Of a DNA stretch of 64,000 bases, positions 13,591 through 26,260 are shown in pieces. The first letter of the stretch is position 1. Every line of letters starts with the position of its first letter. The stretch is from contig NC_068985.1 of the NCBI RefSeq assembly GCF_001194135.2, forward strand, positions 30,890,829 to 30,954,828. The letters are read 5' to 3'. The DNA comes from Octopus bimaculoides (Eukaryota). Under the pieces are notes generated by a model. The model was given only the letters and a program-made list of their open reading frames with translations, was not told where the DNA came from and did not search any database. The position numbers and the translations under genes were made by a program.

Positions 13591-13833
13591 TTACTCTTTT
13601 ACTTGTTTCAGCCATTTGACTGTGGCCATGCTGGAGCACCGCCTTTAGTCAAGCAAATCGACCCCAGGACTTATTCTTTGTATGCCTAGTACTTATTCTA
13701 TCGGTCTCTTTTGCCAAACCGCTAAGTTACGGAGACATAAACACACCAGCATCAGTTGTCAAGTGATGCTGAGGGAACAAACGCAGACACACAAACACAC
13801 ACACAAACACACACACACACACACACACACACA
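13591..13833 (-). mobile_element. SINE 3' body ending in (CA)n at assembly gap
   Basis: ttactcttttacttgtttcagccatttgactgtggccatgctggagcaccgcc...; related copies at 7670, 32515, 43843, 61740, 62385. Confidence 0.75.
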
Positions 13834-14177
13834 NNNNNNNNNNNNNNNNNNNNNNNNNNNNNNNNNNNNNNNNNNNNNNNNNNNNNNNNNNNNNNNNNNN
13901 NNNNNNNNNNNNNNNNNNNNNNNNNNNNNNNNNNNNNNNNNNNNNNNNNNNNNNNNNNNNNNNNNNNNNNNNNNNNNNNNNNNNNNNNNNNNNNNNNNNN
14001 NNNNNNNNNNNNNNNNNNNNNNNNNNNNNNNNNNNNNNNNNNNNNNNNNNNNNNNNNNNNNNNNNNNNNNNNNNNNNNNNNNNNNNNNNNNNNNNNNNNN
14101 NNNNNNNNNNNNNNNNNNNNNNNNNNNNNNNNNNNNNNNNNNNNNNNNNNNNNNNNNNNNNNNNNNNNNNNNNNNNN
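13834..14177. other. Assembly gap (N run); other gaps at 29772-29781, 32799-33146, 44028-44072, 45460-45469
   Basis: N characters, mostly at microsatellites or repeats; the SORL1 frame splices cleanly across all of them. Confidence 1.
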
Positions 14178-14223
<46 letters not shown>

Positions 14224-14879
14224 GAGGATATTATTATTTATAATAATATCAGTGGTTTAGCAGATGTAAAAAAACTTATAACAGTATAAAATTTCAATTG
14301 ATAATTAAGGGTACTAGTAAGCAGTACCATGCTGACATAGAAGTCAAACTGACGAAACCAAAAGTTATCACTAAACACAAAGGTGAAATTGGGCAAACAA
14401 ATAAAGACCCTAAGAACCCCATCCCAATTACCAAAAAAATTGAAAGCCAGACATACCCAAATCACTGTGATCTTAGTATCTCTGGTTTTCAATTTTTGAT
14501 TTTTTTTTTTTTTTTTCATTATTGGGATGGGGTTTTTGAATTGTAAAAGATTGGTAAAGATTGCCTAGGATCCTGATGAATAGAGAATATATCTTAGAAA
14601 AGGATAACCAGTACTAATAAATTCTCGGTCTTTATATGTTATTCAGGTCATCTGAAATGAGTCAGATGGATTACATTTTAATTTCCCATAATATCTCTCT
14701 TCATTATTACTTATAGTCATTGTAAGACTATATAAGTTATTGCATTTAGCAAGTTGTTATAGTTTCTAAAGCTTTATGTATGTTTTTACTGTATGTTAAT
14801 TAACAAAGGAAATGTTATTCATTGACTATTTGCTGTTTGATTTGGATTCATGAAATTTCTATATCTTTGTTAATTTCAG

Positions 14880-14981
14880 CGTTATTTTGGATCATCTCAT
14901 CCTTTTCATCTCCAATTATGGGTTTCTCGCAATGGTGGTGAATTCAGACTGGCCCAGTTCTGGCCTCAAATGAACAATATG
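14880..14981 (+). CDS. SORL1: SORL1 exon, VPS10P (RYFGSSHPFHLQLWVSRNGG...MNNM)
   Basis: tttcag / gtaagt, phase 0-0; 102 nt. Confidence 0.92.
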
Positions 14982-15408
14982 GTAAGTGTTACTTATTTTA
15001 TTCACTATCTCATAGACAACTTTAGAGAGAATTCTAGAGAAATGAACTGAAAGGAAATAGATTTAACCAAGCATCAATCTTTCAACATGTTAGGTTATAG
15101 TTAAAAGGTAATGTTTATTTTATGATATTCCTCCATACTTTATAAAATTAATTAAGTGCATGCATGTGTGAGTATTTGTTTACTAGACATCCCCTGCAAG
15201 GCATTTAGTGGAAGTAAGAGAGATAGCAAGAGACAGAGCAGCCCTGCTTTTCTTATTTGTTTTCATTCTGATTTTTTCTCTTTTTTTTTTTCATGTGTAT
15301 TTAAAATGATGTTACTAATACTGTCAGTTCATTTATTTTTATAATTGACATCAGTGAAATACATGTACTGAAATATGTATTCACATAAAAATTTGACATT
15401 TTTTTCAG

Positions 15409-15578
15409 GACTACTACATAGCTGATGCTTCTGAAGACCAAGTTTTTGTGTGTGTTAACCATCATAATTATCTGAGCAATCTATTTGTTTCTGATGTCAA
15501 TGGGATCAAGTTCTCTTTATCCCTTGAAAGAATTATATACTTCAAGCCTAAAGGTCCAAATAAAGACACATGGCTAAG
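15409..15578 (+). CDS. SORL1: SORL1 exon, VPS10P (DYYIADASEDQVFVCVNH...KFSLSLE...)
   Basis: tttcag / gtaatt, phase 0-2; 170 nt. Confidence 0.96.
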
Positions 15579-15662
15579 GTAATTTCCTGTTCTTCTTCCT
15601 CCTTTTCCTCTTCTTATTTCATCATCTGTGTTATCTTATGAGATTCAGCTATAAAAGTGCTA

Positions 15663-16546
15663 AGGGCAGATTCAAAAATGAAAATAACACTGATATCTCA
15701 TTTCAGCAGATATATTTGCCAAAATTACATGAAAATATCTTGAAATACTAAGAAGTAAATTTATTCAATAAAATCACCATTGGCTTTCAACCACAGCCTC
15801 CAAACAACTTCAGAATCTCCTGCAACATTTCTGGACAGTCTCCTTGTTTAAGTTGGTGAATGCTGCCATAATCCTTGTCTTCAGTTCATCTTGGTGTTAC
15901 AAGAAGTTTTCTGGTCTCTTGCTCAACTGCGCCTCGCACATAATAATTAAGGGGGTTGCAGTCTGGGGAGTTAGGTGACCAGATGTTAGGAGTGATGTGG
16001 TTGCAGAAATTGTCTGACAGCCACGACTGGGTTCTCCTACTTGTGTGGCATGATGCAGAGTCCTGTTGCCAGACATAGGGTCTTCCAGCAGCCACCCTCT
16101 TGACCTAGAGTAACACTACCTCCTCCAGGCACTTGATGTAGACCTCCGTGTTGAGTCTGAGGCTGTGTGGTAAGATGAATGGAGGTATAACATCATGATC
16201 ACTAGTGATCAATCCAAACATCATGATCACTAGTGATCAATCCAAACATCATGATGTTGACTGGATGTTTGATTTTTATCACTCTCAGTACATGCACTGT
16301 CCTCTGATTGACACCCAAACATTCTAAAATGTTCATATTGGAGCTTCCAGCATGAATGCCAAGCAGTACAGCATACCGTTTTCAAATTTCTGGCAGAGTG
16401 AATTGCGTCATGGAGCTGTTTTTCTCCCACAGACAGTTCCTAACTGACCCTACCATACTGTGTAGTCGACAAAATCAAAAACAAATGATGCACATGCACA
16501 AAATTAAAAATATAAAAAGGCAACAATTTATCCATTGTACCCTGTA
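15663..16546 (-). mobile_element. Internally deleted Tc1/mariner element of the DD37D (maT) type, pseudogene transposase
   Basis: ATG at 16411 (MTQFTLPEI*KRYAVLLGI), then a jump to KHPVNIM; WQQDSASCHT...SPDCNPL[N]YY with 37-residue spacing; ends ANGDFIE* at 15761. TIR-like ggcaacaatttatccattgtaccctg+TA at right end only. Confidence 0.85.
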
Positions 16547-16597
16547 TATGTATATATATGTGCACATTTTCTAAAACTATTCATTTCTATTTTCTAG

Positions 16598-16796
16598 TGT
16601 TTATGCAGATAAATCATTTGCTGATATTCACAAAGTGAAAGGTGTACGTGGTGTTTATATTGCTTCACAGTTCATGAACAACTCCTTTAATGTTGATAAC
16701 CAAATTAGCTTGATAACATTTAATAAAGGGGGCACATGGCGTCCTCTGTTGGCTCCTGAAAAAACCAGAGACGGAACAGTTTTAAACTGCTCTGTT
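16598..16796 (+). CDS. SORL1: SORL1 exon, VPS10P (VYADKSFADIHKVKGVRGVYIA...ITFNKGGTW...NCSV)
   Basis: ttctag / gtaagt, phase 2-0; overlaps ORF 16635..16829. Confidence 0.95.
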
Positions 16797-19700
16797 GTAA
16801 GTAAGAATTTTCTTTTTTTTCATGTTTAGCTAATTATTCACAGAATATTTTTATTGTAAAAACAGAAAATGATGTTTTGTAAAATTTGGCTTCTGAGAGG
16901 AGAGTATGTTGCCAAGAATATCAATAACCTATGAAAAAGACTCACAGAATAGTATTGTTGTTAGTGGTGGTTATTGATATATCAATGTGAATTGAAGAAC
17001 GATTTTCAGTGGTAGCTCTTGTCTGTTATTTGTAGTTGCCTTTTTTATCTTCTAAAATGTAAAATTTCTTTACTTGGAGGAGATAACACATTGTCATGCA
17101 ATTAATAATGTTTGAAATTCGTTTCTTGTAATTCATTGTGGACTATATTCTTTACTCTCTTTGCCCACTAGAATTGCTTTTCTAAGAAGAATTTAACAAG
17201 GCAGACAAGAACATAGGCTAATTAATGACTGAAAGTTTATTAGTTAGATCAGTCATGGCCAAACAGCAGTCCAAGGGACTTTTTTAATGGCCTGCCTAAC
17301 AAAGTATTATCCTGAATTTTTTTTTTAGTAGTGCAGCCTGCCTGATGATTAACCATGTCTCATGCAGCTTGCTTCTTGAGAAATGTTACCCATGCCTGAG
17401 TTAGATTTTATCATTAGCAATATGCAGTACTTGTTTACTTCTGATAACATACATGAAAAATAAGAGAAATCAACGTAATGTTGCTCACATGATTGGGTAA
17501 CTAGTATTAAAAAGATTATCATCCTTCTGTAAAACCTTTTCTCTTTTTTTTTTTTGTGGCTTAGTCAAAGGGGGATTGGGCAGTGTTCATGATCTTTGCA
17601 GGCCTTTTGAGACTGGTGATGGGAGAAAGGGAATCAGAAATCATGACCAATATGTTTCTGTTTCTGTTAACTGATTTTTTTTTTAATCTTTGTAAATGGC
17701 CTAGCTGAAAATTTGTAACCAAGAGTGGGCCTACCAACAAATAGCTAGGCCTTTTGAGGAGTTACAGGGCCAGGCCTCTGCTGAAAAGTTATTTTAAATT
17801 CTTCCTTTTAATAAATTGTGACATTACGCAAGGATATTGCAGCTGGAAACATTGCATTAAGGTATAGAATTATTCTCAGAACAGAAACCTGGTTTGATTG
17901 CTTGCAACAGAATAGATTCTGCCAAAGGCATCCAAAGGATAAGTTGTATTGTTAAACCAGGTTAGATTATCAAAATCTAACTGCCAAGAAAATCAAGAGG
18001 CAAAAGTGCTCCAGCATGGCCACAGTCTTAGGATTGAAACATATAAAAGAATAAATAAATAAATAAATAAATAATAAAAATACACAAAATAAAAAATTAA
18101 AAAACTGAGAAAGAAATCTATTTGCACATACCTTTGAATATTTATAAATGCAATACCACCATTACTTACTGTCAAGCTTATCTTCCACAGCAACCAATAC
18201 AAGAGGGTTTATGTACAATTTACATATTATATCTGTAGATTCAGTTTTTGAGCAATAGCAAAATATAAACATTTCCAAATTTAACCAAACTCTCTCAGTT
18301 TTAGTAATCGTAGCTAAAATAACGCACATAAAGACTCTTTGAGCCTAAAATGTTCTTGCAAAAAAATACATCATGATGATGATGATAATGCTGGAGATGA
18401 TTTCATTCTCTGCTTATGCATTACCAGTTATTAAGAGATAGATTTTCTTTGAATGTCTTCTTTGTGTTAGTTGGTAGATGCATCTTTGTTTGAAGTTTTC
18501 CTTATATTGTCTGATAGCATTAACAACAGTAATTCAGTGTTTAGTAAAAGAATAGCATCATCTCTTGTACCATCAAAATTTTATAAGGCACTTAACATAA
18601 GTGAATCGCCAAAGAGGGACTTGAAGGGACTACTCTCTATACTTGGGTGTAAATTGATAAGATATATGATTTCCTAATGAAATCAAATGATAATAGCGCT
18701 AAAGAATTATCTAGCAATGCAAAACAACTACCCTTGTTAAGAGCTTTCAAAGGAACTTCTGAGTTCTATATCTTATATCTGTTTATCTCATACTCGTATG
18801 AGATAAACAGAAGTAAATAGAAGTGGTCTGAAAAATGTTTGACTTTGGAAATACTTTAGCAAGATAAAATAACAGAAAAAATTATTTATAAAAAAAGTCA
18901 AGGAGTTAGGTTAATTCTAATTCCGTATCTTCCTTCAAACACTAGTTATTATCTACTACAAGCCTTCATTTATATAACAATTTTCATCATGAATCCTAAC
19001 CACATAGAAATCCATGAAGTTATAATCATTGTGTCTTTTTAAAGCATGCATATGTTTTTTTTTTGTAATGTTATAAAAGAGTTAATTTCCCCCCTCTAAA
19101 TTTCAATGGATATTTAAATGAATGAAAAAAAATTAAAGAAACTGTTTTGTAATCTTTGTTTGAATGTATTTTTGTTTTTGTTTTTGTTTTAAATCACTTT
19201 GGATGTTTCCCCCACCACTTTAGTTCATACAATTTTGTTTAATAGTTTTTTTTTCTGTCTAAATATCTTTATTTTTCATTAAAAATGGCTGTGTTAATCT
19301 GTCTCTAGTAGAATGGTTATATTTACTACATATGATGACTATACATAGAAAGTAAGGCCTCATACAAAGTAAGGCCTCATTAGATAATGTAGTTCTTGAG
19401 AATTCTAAAAGGATGAGGGGGTCATGTCTGGGATACCTTTGACATTTGGTCTGTTCAATGAGAATTGACCTGGGGTTGAACAACAAAATAACAACAATCA
19501 TACCAACTGAAAATTTAACTGTAAAATGAAGAAGCCTTAAATATAATGGCAGCAAAGCTAAAATGGAAATCATTGATTTAGTATAGTGTTTTGTCTCAGT
19601 AGAATAAATAAGCTTATTCTTTATCCATCCATGGGCATGAGTTGAAAAGTTACCTTTTTTTTTTTAGTTGCTAAATACATCTCTACTCTCTCCTTTAGAG

Positions 19701-20654
19701 TAAGATAAAATGGTTAAGTTTTATCATTATCATGTCCACAATTATCATTTCTTCCGTCATTATTACTTTTTTAATTATGGTTAATAACTTGCAGGTGAGT
19801 TGTTTATAAGTAAACATTGTGTTGTAAAAAAAAAAAAAAAAAGGAAAACTACGTAACTTACTTTCACCTATTTTTATTCATTTCTTTGTGTAGTCATTTT
19901 ACACTCACTGGTTTAGAAAGAAGGTAATTCTTTCCATTTAGATCATCTTTGCATGACAATGATTAAAAAAAAAAAAACAACAGCATGACTTTCCATCCCT
20001 GCATATGAAGCTATTCCAGTGCTCTATAGATATATTCAGATACAGTTGTAAATCTTGTAAGGTTGTTCTATCTAACCCCTTAACTATGCCAGTCAACATT
20101 TCAATTTGCTGCTAAAATCTCAGTTGATAGCTTACTTGCAAAACATTAGTTTTGAATGCTCTGTCTTCATGCTGCATGAAGATAGAATTTTGCATATGTA
20201 AAATTCTGCATGTGTTTTGTTCAATCCTTTTGTTTTTGTTTTCATTTTTTCCTGGCTAAATTAATATTGCCTGCTAGTTTATTCTGGGATATTGCATCTA
20301 TATGTTTCATTTACTAAGGAGTTTGATTTCACTGATTTAATACCCTTAAGACTAAAATAAAACATTGAAGATCACTTGAAAAAAAAACTTTTTAAATACC
20401 ATTATTAATCTTATTGCTTGTCTGTTTTTGTTGTTTTAAAAACAATTGGGACTCAAACTGAAAATTATTTCCTGTTTGTTATTATATATTGCTTTCAGTA
20501 ATTTTTGTTTACAAATAAAATCCTGCATGATTCTTTCCAATTGAAAACATTTTTCAGAATTGCTTTAACAACATCATACATGACCGTAAATGTTTGTTTA
20601 CATAGGTTTCTGTAAATAATTCTAACTAGACTTTACTGTTATCAACAGAATTAA

Positions 20655-20867
20655 CCATTTTGTTACCATATTCCTTTTGAGATATTTTGTGTTTGTTTCA
20701 ATTAATTTTAAATATAACAAAGAATTTAGTAAAACAACTTTGGTATTATTAAGCTAGTGTTAGGAACATAAATTAAGACCAAATTCTAGTGGAAAATTTT
20801 AATTCAGAACTTTTGAATTTGTACTACAGAGCCAGGAGTGGTCTCAGGCAGGCTCATATCAAAAGGG
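20655..20867. mobile_element. piggyBac-type MITE
   Basis: TTAA at 20651-54 and 20868-71; termini ccattttgtta / tatcaaaaggg; inverted relative at about 52430-52610. Confidence 0.65.
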
Positions 20868-21887
20868 TTAAACAAACATGACTAACATTCAGAAATAATG
20901 TCCTCGTAGTCTAATAGTTAGGCTGTTGTCTAGAGATAGGTGTTTTTGCTATTCTAATTTTAAGATCAATGTATCTTCTTTTATTGGGTAAGTCATAGTT
21001 ATCAACCCTGAAAGTTTTAAAAACCTTTAGAAATAATATAGCAAATAATAAACATAAAATGGTAGGGTTATAGTGTGATTAAAGCAACCTAATCAAGTAC
21101 ATTACTGATACTCAAATTATGTATGTTACTGATAATGAATAAGGAAAGTATTTTGAATTAGATGATTATACAGATGACTCATTGAAAAGACAGACATGTA
21201 CAAAACTTTACTTTTTCATCAACAACTTTCAGTGGCTATAATACAAAGAAACATGACTTGTATAAGGAACAGCATACAACCCACATAATATTTGTTGGTG
21301 GGGGGAAATTCTCTAATCAAAGAAAGTATATATTTATAAAATGTGTCTCAGTCAATTTGACACTAAATAGTAAAAGTAATGTCAGGACAGCAGTGGTATA
21401 GCAGAATTGGTGAAGCTTCTTGCAGTATTTAGTTACAGTCCTTTTTATACAAAGAACACTGCATGAAAATCTCAGATAAAGCTTTCAGAACTACATAGCA
21501 GTAAGCTACAAGTGACCTAGAACTTATAAGTTATATATAGCATAAACATTTTGTAAATATTTTTGTTACTAAATGCCACTAAAATAAAAAGTTAATGTAG
21601 AACTATTTAAATATGAAAAAACTAAATTTATTTACATTAGCTCATTTCTTTTTACAGTAAGGCTTTAAAAAAAAAGCAATAGTTATGTCTTCATTATAAC
21701 TGACTCAGATTTTCTAAAAGATACCAAGTTGTGCATTAATATTAGTATAAATTGCTAAATAACTATTTAGCAAAGACACTAGTATGTCCCTTCTGATGAG
21801 TAATCAGTTAGTCTTGAAACAGCTTTATGGGAAATTCTGTTTATTTTTTCATGTGTGTATAGAAAACTAGATGTTTTTACATTAGAT

Positions 21888-22066
21888 CAGGGGTCCCCAA
21901 ACTTTTTAGACCATCGACCCCTTCATGGAATCTTTGACCTCTCATCGACCCCCAGGCATGTACAAGAAAATAAATAAATAATAATTAAGTAGATGTGCAT
22001 TTATCAACCCCTTGAATAGTCCCATCAACTCCCAAGGGTCGATATCAACCATTTTGGAGACCCCTG
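21888..22066. mobile_element. hAT-type MITE with perfect 8-bp TSD
   Basis: TIRs caggggtccccaaa / tttggagacccctg; TSD cattagat at 21880-87 and 22067-74. Confidence 0.92.
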
Positions 22067-22219
22067 CATTAGATCATACTTTTGTAGTGAGATTTTAAGC
22101 CAAACTGTAGGTATTGTACTTGTCGAAGTTTTTTTTTTTTTTATGACTCAACCAAAACCTCATAATTTCTATTTGTATTACAAAACTTATATTATATCCA
22201 GTTTTTTTTTATTTTGCAG

Positions 22220-22408
22220 TGGCTTCATTGTTCTTTGCATGTAAGCCAAGAACTTGAACATCTTTATCCCAATAGTCATTCCCAGCCAATCCTCTCAAGA
22301 GAATCAGCACCAGGACTTATAATTGCTGCTGGTACTGTTGGTAGTCGTATCAAACAGTATAACCAAAATGTATTCCTGTCAGTAGATGCTGGCCTTACTT
22401 GGCATGAG
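22220..22408 (+). CDS. SORL1: SORL1 exon, VPS10P (WLHCSLHVSQ...ILSRESAPGLIIAAG...DAGLTWHE)
   Basis: ttgcag / gtgaga, phase 0-0; ORF 22214..22420. Confidence 0.95.
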
Positions 22409-22858
22409 GTGAGAAAGTAATCTTATATTTCTTGCTCTAAAATGCATGCACACATGCACACATACACACACACACACACAGCCAGTTTGAGAGCAATAAA
22501 AATGTGTGAAGAAATTTTTTTTTAATCTTCCCCATCTCACTTGTTTTGTAAAGGTTACTTGTATTTTATAAAAGTAATTTAACCATGCTTATGAATTAAT
22601 AGCTCAAATTTTGGGGTCCTAAATTTGTTACTAGTGCTCTGAATGAGGCCTCAAAAGTTTCATTTGTTCTGTCACAGTAATGTTAATTTATGAAATGCTG
22701 AAGTTGCTACACACTGAGTAAAAGTTCTCAGGAAATAACAGCTGTTATTTAAAGTAGCCATTTTAATGAAATCACTTGTGCCAGCCAAGAAATATAAACT
22801 ACCAACAGGTAGATATGATTTTAGAATAAATTACATGCAGTGAGTTCTTGTGAAACTA

Positions 22859-24135
22859 TCAGGTCATCCCATAAGTTCTGTCTGATTTTACCTTTTTTTA
22901 AAATTGAATGAAATTTAATAGTATTTTAGAATGTTTAATGGAATTAATTATTTTTATGCATTTGTGTACATTTAAACTAATTAAATATTTTTCTACAGAA
23001 TAATAGAATTAAAATTTCTTTGATTAAAACCCTTTCTAACATGGAAGTATCCAAAGAGCATTTGAGGCACATAATGCTTTATGAGTACAAAAATGGAAAC
23101 TCTGCAGCCGAAGCGACTCAAAACATACACTCACTTTATGGGAAAGAATGCTTGAATGAAAGAACTTGCAGAAGATGGTTTGCAAAATTCAAAAGTGGAG
23201 ATTTCAGCCTTGAAGATGAAGATCAAACAGGACGTCCAGTTGAGTTTGATGATAAGCTCTTGATGCATTACTTGAAGAAAATCCTGCATTATCAGTTGAA
23301 GAATTGGCAACAAATCTTAGTTCAAACCATACCACTGTTCATCATCATCTTCAGCAACTTGGAAAGGTTCCTAAGCTTGGAAAATGGACGCCTCATGAAT
23401 TGTCCGAAAGCAACTGCAAATCCCCAGTTGACCTCTGCTCTTCTCTCCATTCTCGCGAACTCATTTCACCGTTTTTGGATAGACTTGTGACTGGTGACGA
23501 AAAATGGATCTTCTATCAAAATGTTAAACGTCGTAAACAGTGAAAGGGAAAAAGCTCAACCACAACTGAGAAGGGAACTTTATCGGAAAAAGGTTCTTCT
23601 CACTATCTGGTGGGATTGCAAAGGAGTAATTCACTTTGAATTGTTACCACCTAATGCAACAATCAATGCTCAAGTCTACTGTCAGCAATTAGAGCGTTTG
23701 AACCAAGCTTTGAAGAAAAAAAGACCCGCTTTAGTTAATCGTGAAGGAGTGATGTTTCATTAGGACAATGCATGACCCCACATTGCAATGATCACATCAC
23801 AGAAGATCAAAGAGCTTGGTTGGGAAAAAATTCCTCATCCACCTTATTCTCCCAACCTTGCTCCTTCAGACTACCATTTGTTTCGTAGTTTACAGAATCA
23901 TTTGGGAGACATAACTTTCACAAGCCAGGAAGAGGTTGAAACTGACATTTCAGAGTTTGTTGCTTTGAAACCAAAAGAGTTTTACATTGATGAGATTAAA
24001 AAGCTTGTAAAAAGATGGAAGGAAGTCATAGATAATCAGGGAAAGTACATTGATGATTAGATTTCAATTAAATATAACATTTGATCACTTGTTTTCTTTA
24101 TACAAAATTCGTACATGACTTATGGGATGACCTGA
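22859..24135 (+). mobile_element. Full-length mariner (DD34D) transposon, inactive
   Basis: TA TSD on both sides; TIR tcaggtcatcccataag (17 nt perfect, about 30 nt imperfect); 1277 bp. Confidence 0.96.
23041..24060 (+). pseudogene. Mariner transposase pseudogene
   Basis: MEVSKEHLRH...WTPHEL...VTGDEKW...H*DNA*PH...YSPNLAPSDY (D-34-D); frameshifts near 23262 and 23540, stops at 23761 and 23773. Confidence 0.95.
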
Positions 24136-24191
24136 TATCTCATTTTGTTTTTAATGTTCACTTAGCAATGTGTGTATTTCTTTCTTTATAG

Positions 24192-24280
24192 ATCTTACTG
24201 GACAAGCATTATTTCATCTTTGGGGACCATGGTGGACTTATTGTTGCCATTAAGCAGTCTGCACTTACAGACACAATACT
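24192..24280 (+). CDS. SORL1: SORL1 exon, VPS10P (ILLDKHYFIFGDHGGLIVAIKQ...)
   Basis: ttatag / gtacgt, phase 0-2; GDHGG motif; 89 nt. Confidence 0.93.
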
Positions 24281-24645
24281 GTACGTAAACAGTTTCTTTT
24301 TATTATTCACATGTCAATGTTGAACTTTTTGTTCTTTGGCTGCATAATTCTATAAAGCTTATACATATTTGTACATACTGTCTCACTTTAACTGTATAAA
24401 TTACATATAAGTGAGTATGTGCTAGATTCTGTTTAACTGAAGTTATATTCTAACCCTAAACTTAACTTATACTCAGACTCCAATGAGGTTGGTATTGGCT
24501 TGTGTCAACAAGACTTATGTAGTAAAATCAGTAAAAAGAGTACAGTGAATTTGCCATGGGAAATGGAAAATCCAACATTTTGTTCAGTCCTTTTTCAGGG
24601 AAAAGTTAACAGGAGAGAAATTGAGAGACAGCAAAGTTTTACATC

Positions 24646-24647
<2 letters not shown>

Positions 24648-24684
<37 letters not shown>

Positions 24685-24975
24685 GTTGTTTAACGTCTAC
24701 TTTCCATGCTAGCATGGGTTGGACGATTTGACTGAGGACTGGTGAAACCAGATAGCTACACCAGGCTCCAATCTGATTTGGCAGAGTTTCTACAGCTGGA
24801 TGCCCTTCCTAATGCCAACCACTCTGAGAGTGTAGTGGGTGCTTTTACGTGCCACCGGCACGAAGGCCAGTCAGGCGGTACTGGCAACGGCCACGCTCAA
24901 AATGGTGTATTTTATGTGCCACCCGCACAAGAGCCTGTCCAGGGGCACTGGCAATGATCTTGCTCGAAAGTCCTT
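24648..24975 (-). mobile_element. RTE LINE 3' tail with (GAT)n end
   Basis: Reverse complement of the 9.5-9.7k / 25.6k 3' UTR; (CAT)n at 24648-24684. Confidence 0.88.
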
Positions 24976-25582
24976 CTTAGTTAAAATAAAAATAAATAAA
25001 TAAATAACTCTTTCTTTTATGTGTAGATTTGACTTTCACTTTATGCATGTTTGTAAAATTCACCTTTCATGTGTGTCCATCCATCCATCCATGGCTTACT
25101 CATCTCTAACAGACAGCTTTTACCTTTTTCAGTTTTCCTTTACTTGCTCATGAAATGATACCTAAACTGCCATAAGCACATTCTAGTGTGTGTGTGTGTG
25201 TTAGCTCCACGAGGTAGCATATTTCAATAGATAACCTCAGTGATTTATTTATTTATTAAACATGCTAATTTTTCACAGCCACCTATGTACAATATTGTAC
25301 ATCTGCTAAGTACCTGGAAAAATATGCTTCACTGAGCACTCCTTTTCAGTTTAAATAGCAATTGATATTATAGATATTCAATGATATCTATCTTGTTAAA
25401 AATTATAGGCCTTTTAAACATGCTCTTTGGAAGAAATTTTTCTTCCAATAAAAAATTTAGGCTTTTTCATTTTTAGATTGTTTAATCTAAGAGTATTTTC
25501 TGCTACTGTGTTGAAAATGTCCAAGTTATACAAGAATATCAGATGCAATAATTTTTATACAGCTATTCATTTTTACAATCAT

Positions 25583-25770
25583 GTGCCGGTGGCACGTAAA
25601 AGCACCCACTACACTCTCGGAGTGGTTGGCGTTAGGAAGGGCATCCAGCTGTAGAAACTCTGCCAGATCAGATTGGAGCCTGGTGTAGCCATCTGGTTCA
25701 CCAGTCCTCAGTCAAATCGTCCAACCCATGCTAGCATGGAAAGCAGACGTTAAACGATGATGATGATGAT
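25583..25770 (+). mobile_element. RTE LINE 3' tail with (GAT)n end
   Basis: gtggttggcgttaggaagggcatccagctgtagaaac...gttaaacgatgatgat. Confidence 0.9.
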
Positions 25771-26084
25771 TGAAAGAGATTTTTTAAAAAAAACACATTT
25801 GAGAAAACCATCTCCTTTTTACTTACGAACAGCAATGAAAAATATGCCAAATATCATTGTATTAGAAAATGATTAATTTTATTTGTTTTATTTTGGTCAT
25901 TATTTGTATATTTATTTGAAAATGTCATCACACTTACATTAACAACTTGATTGCAAAGACTGGCCTGGAATATATCCAGGACCGAGGTGTGTGGCGAGTG
26001 GACTTTGTCACCTTGACCTGGGTTGGAAGCTGGCCTTTTAAAAAAAAAGAGATTATTTATTTGTTTATTTATTTTATATATCAG

Positions 26085-26260
26085 TTATTCCTGGAACAAT
26101 GGTGAAACCTGGACATCATTAAAATTTACTGACCGAAAGATTTGGGTGTATGGTTTATTGACTGAACCAGGTGAAAAAACCACAGTGTTTTCAATATTTG
26201 GATCATATGCAGAAAAACACGAGTGGCTAATTGTTCAAGTCAATCTGAGCTCTATCTTCA
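26085..26260 (+). CDS. SORL1: SORL1 exon, VPS10P end (YSWNNGETW...[11 protein letters not shown]...WLIVQVNL)
   Basis: tatcag / gtaagt, phase 2-1; ORF 26023..26289. Confidence 0.96.

Noticed and set aside
13682-14289. Long ORFs over 13.7-14.3k and 32.6-33.3k
   Set aside because: Artefacts of N gaps and (CA)/(TA) microsatellites
2136-14879. Nested gene in the 12.7-kb intron (e.g. ORFs 1216..1494 upstream, 6799..7035)
   Set aside because: No recognisable domains or spliceable exon chain; content explained by repeats and low complexity
18470-18680. Possible old LINE C-terminal relic (LHPSIESSPFKSLFGDSLML) on the minus strand
   Set aside because: Only a few matching residues, interrupted by stops; not distinguishable from chance by eye
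23020-24060. Domesticated transposase (SETMAR-like) or exon of the host gene
   Set aside because: Frameshifts and stops including next to the second catalytic Asp; intact TIRs and TSD; host frame is complete without it
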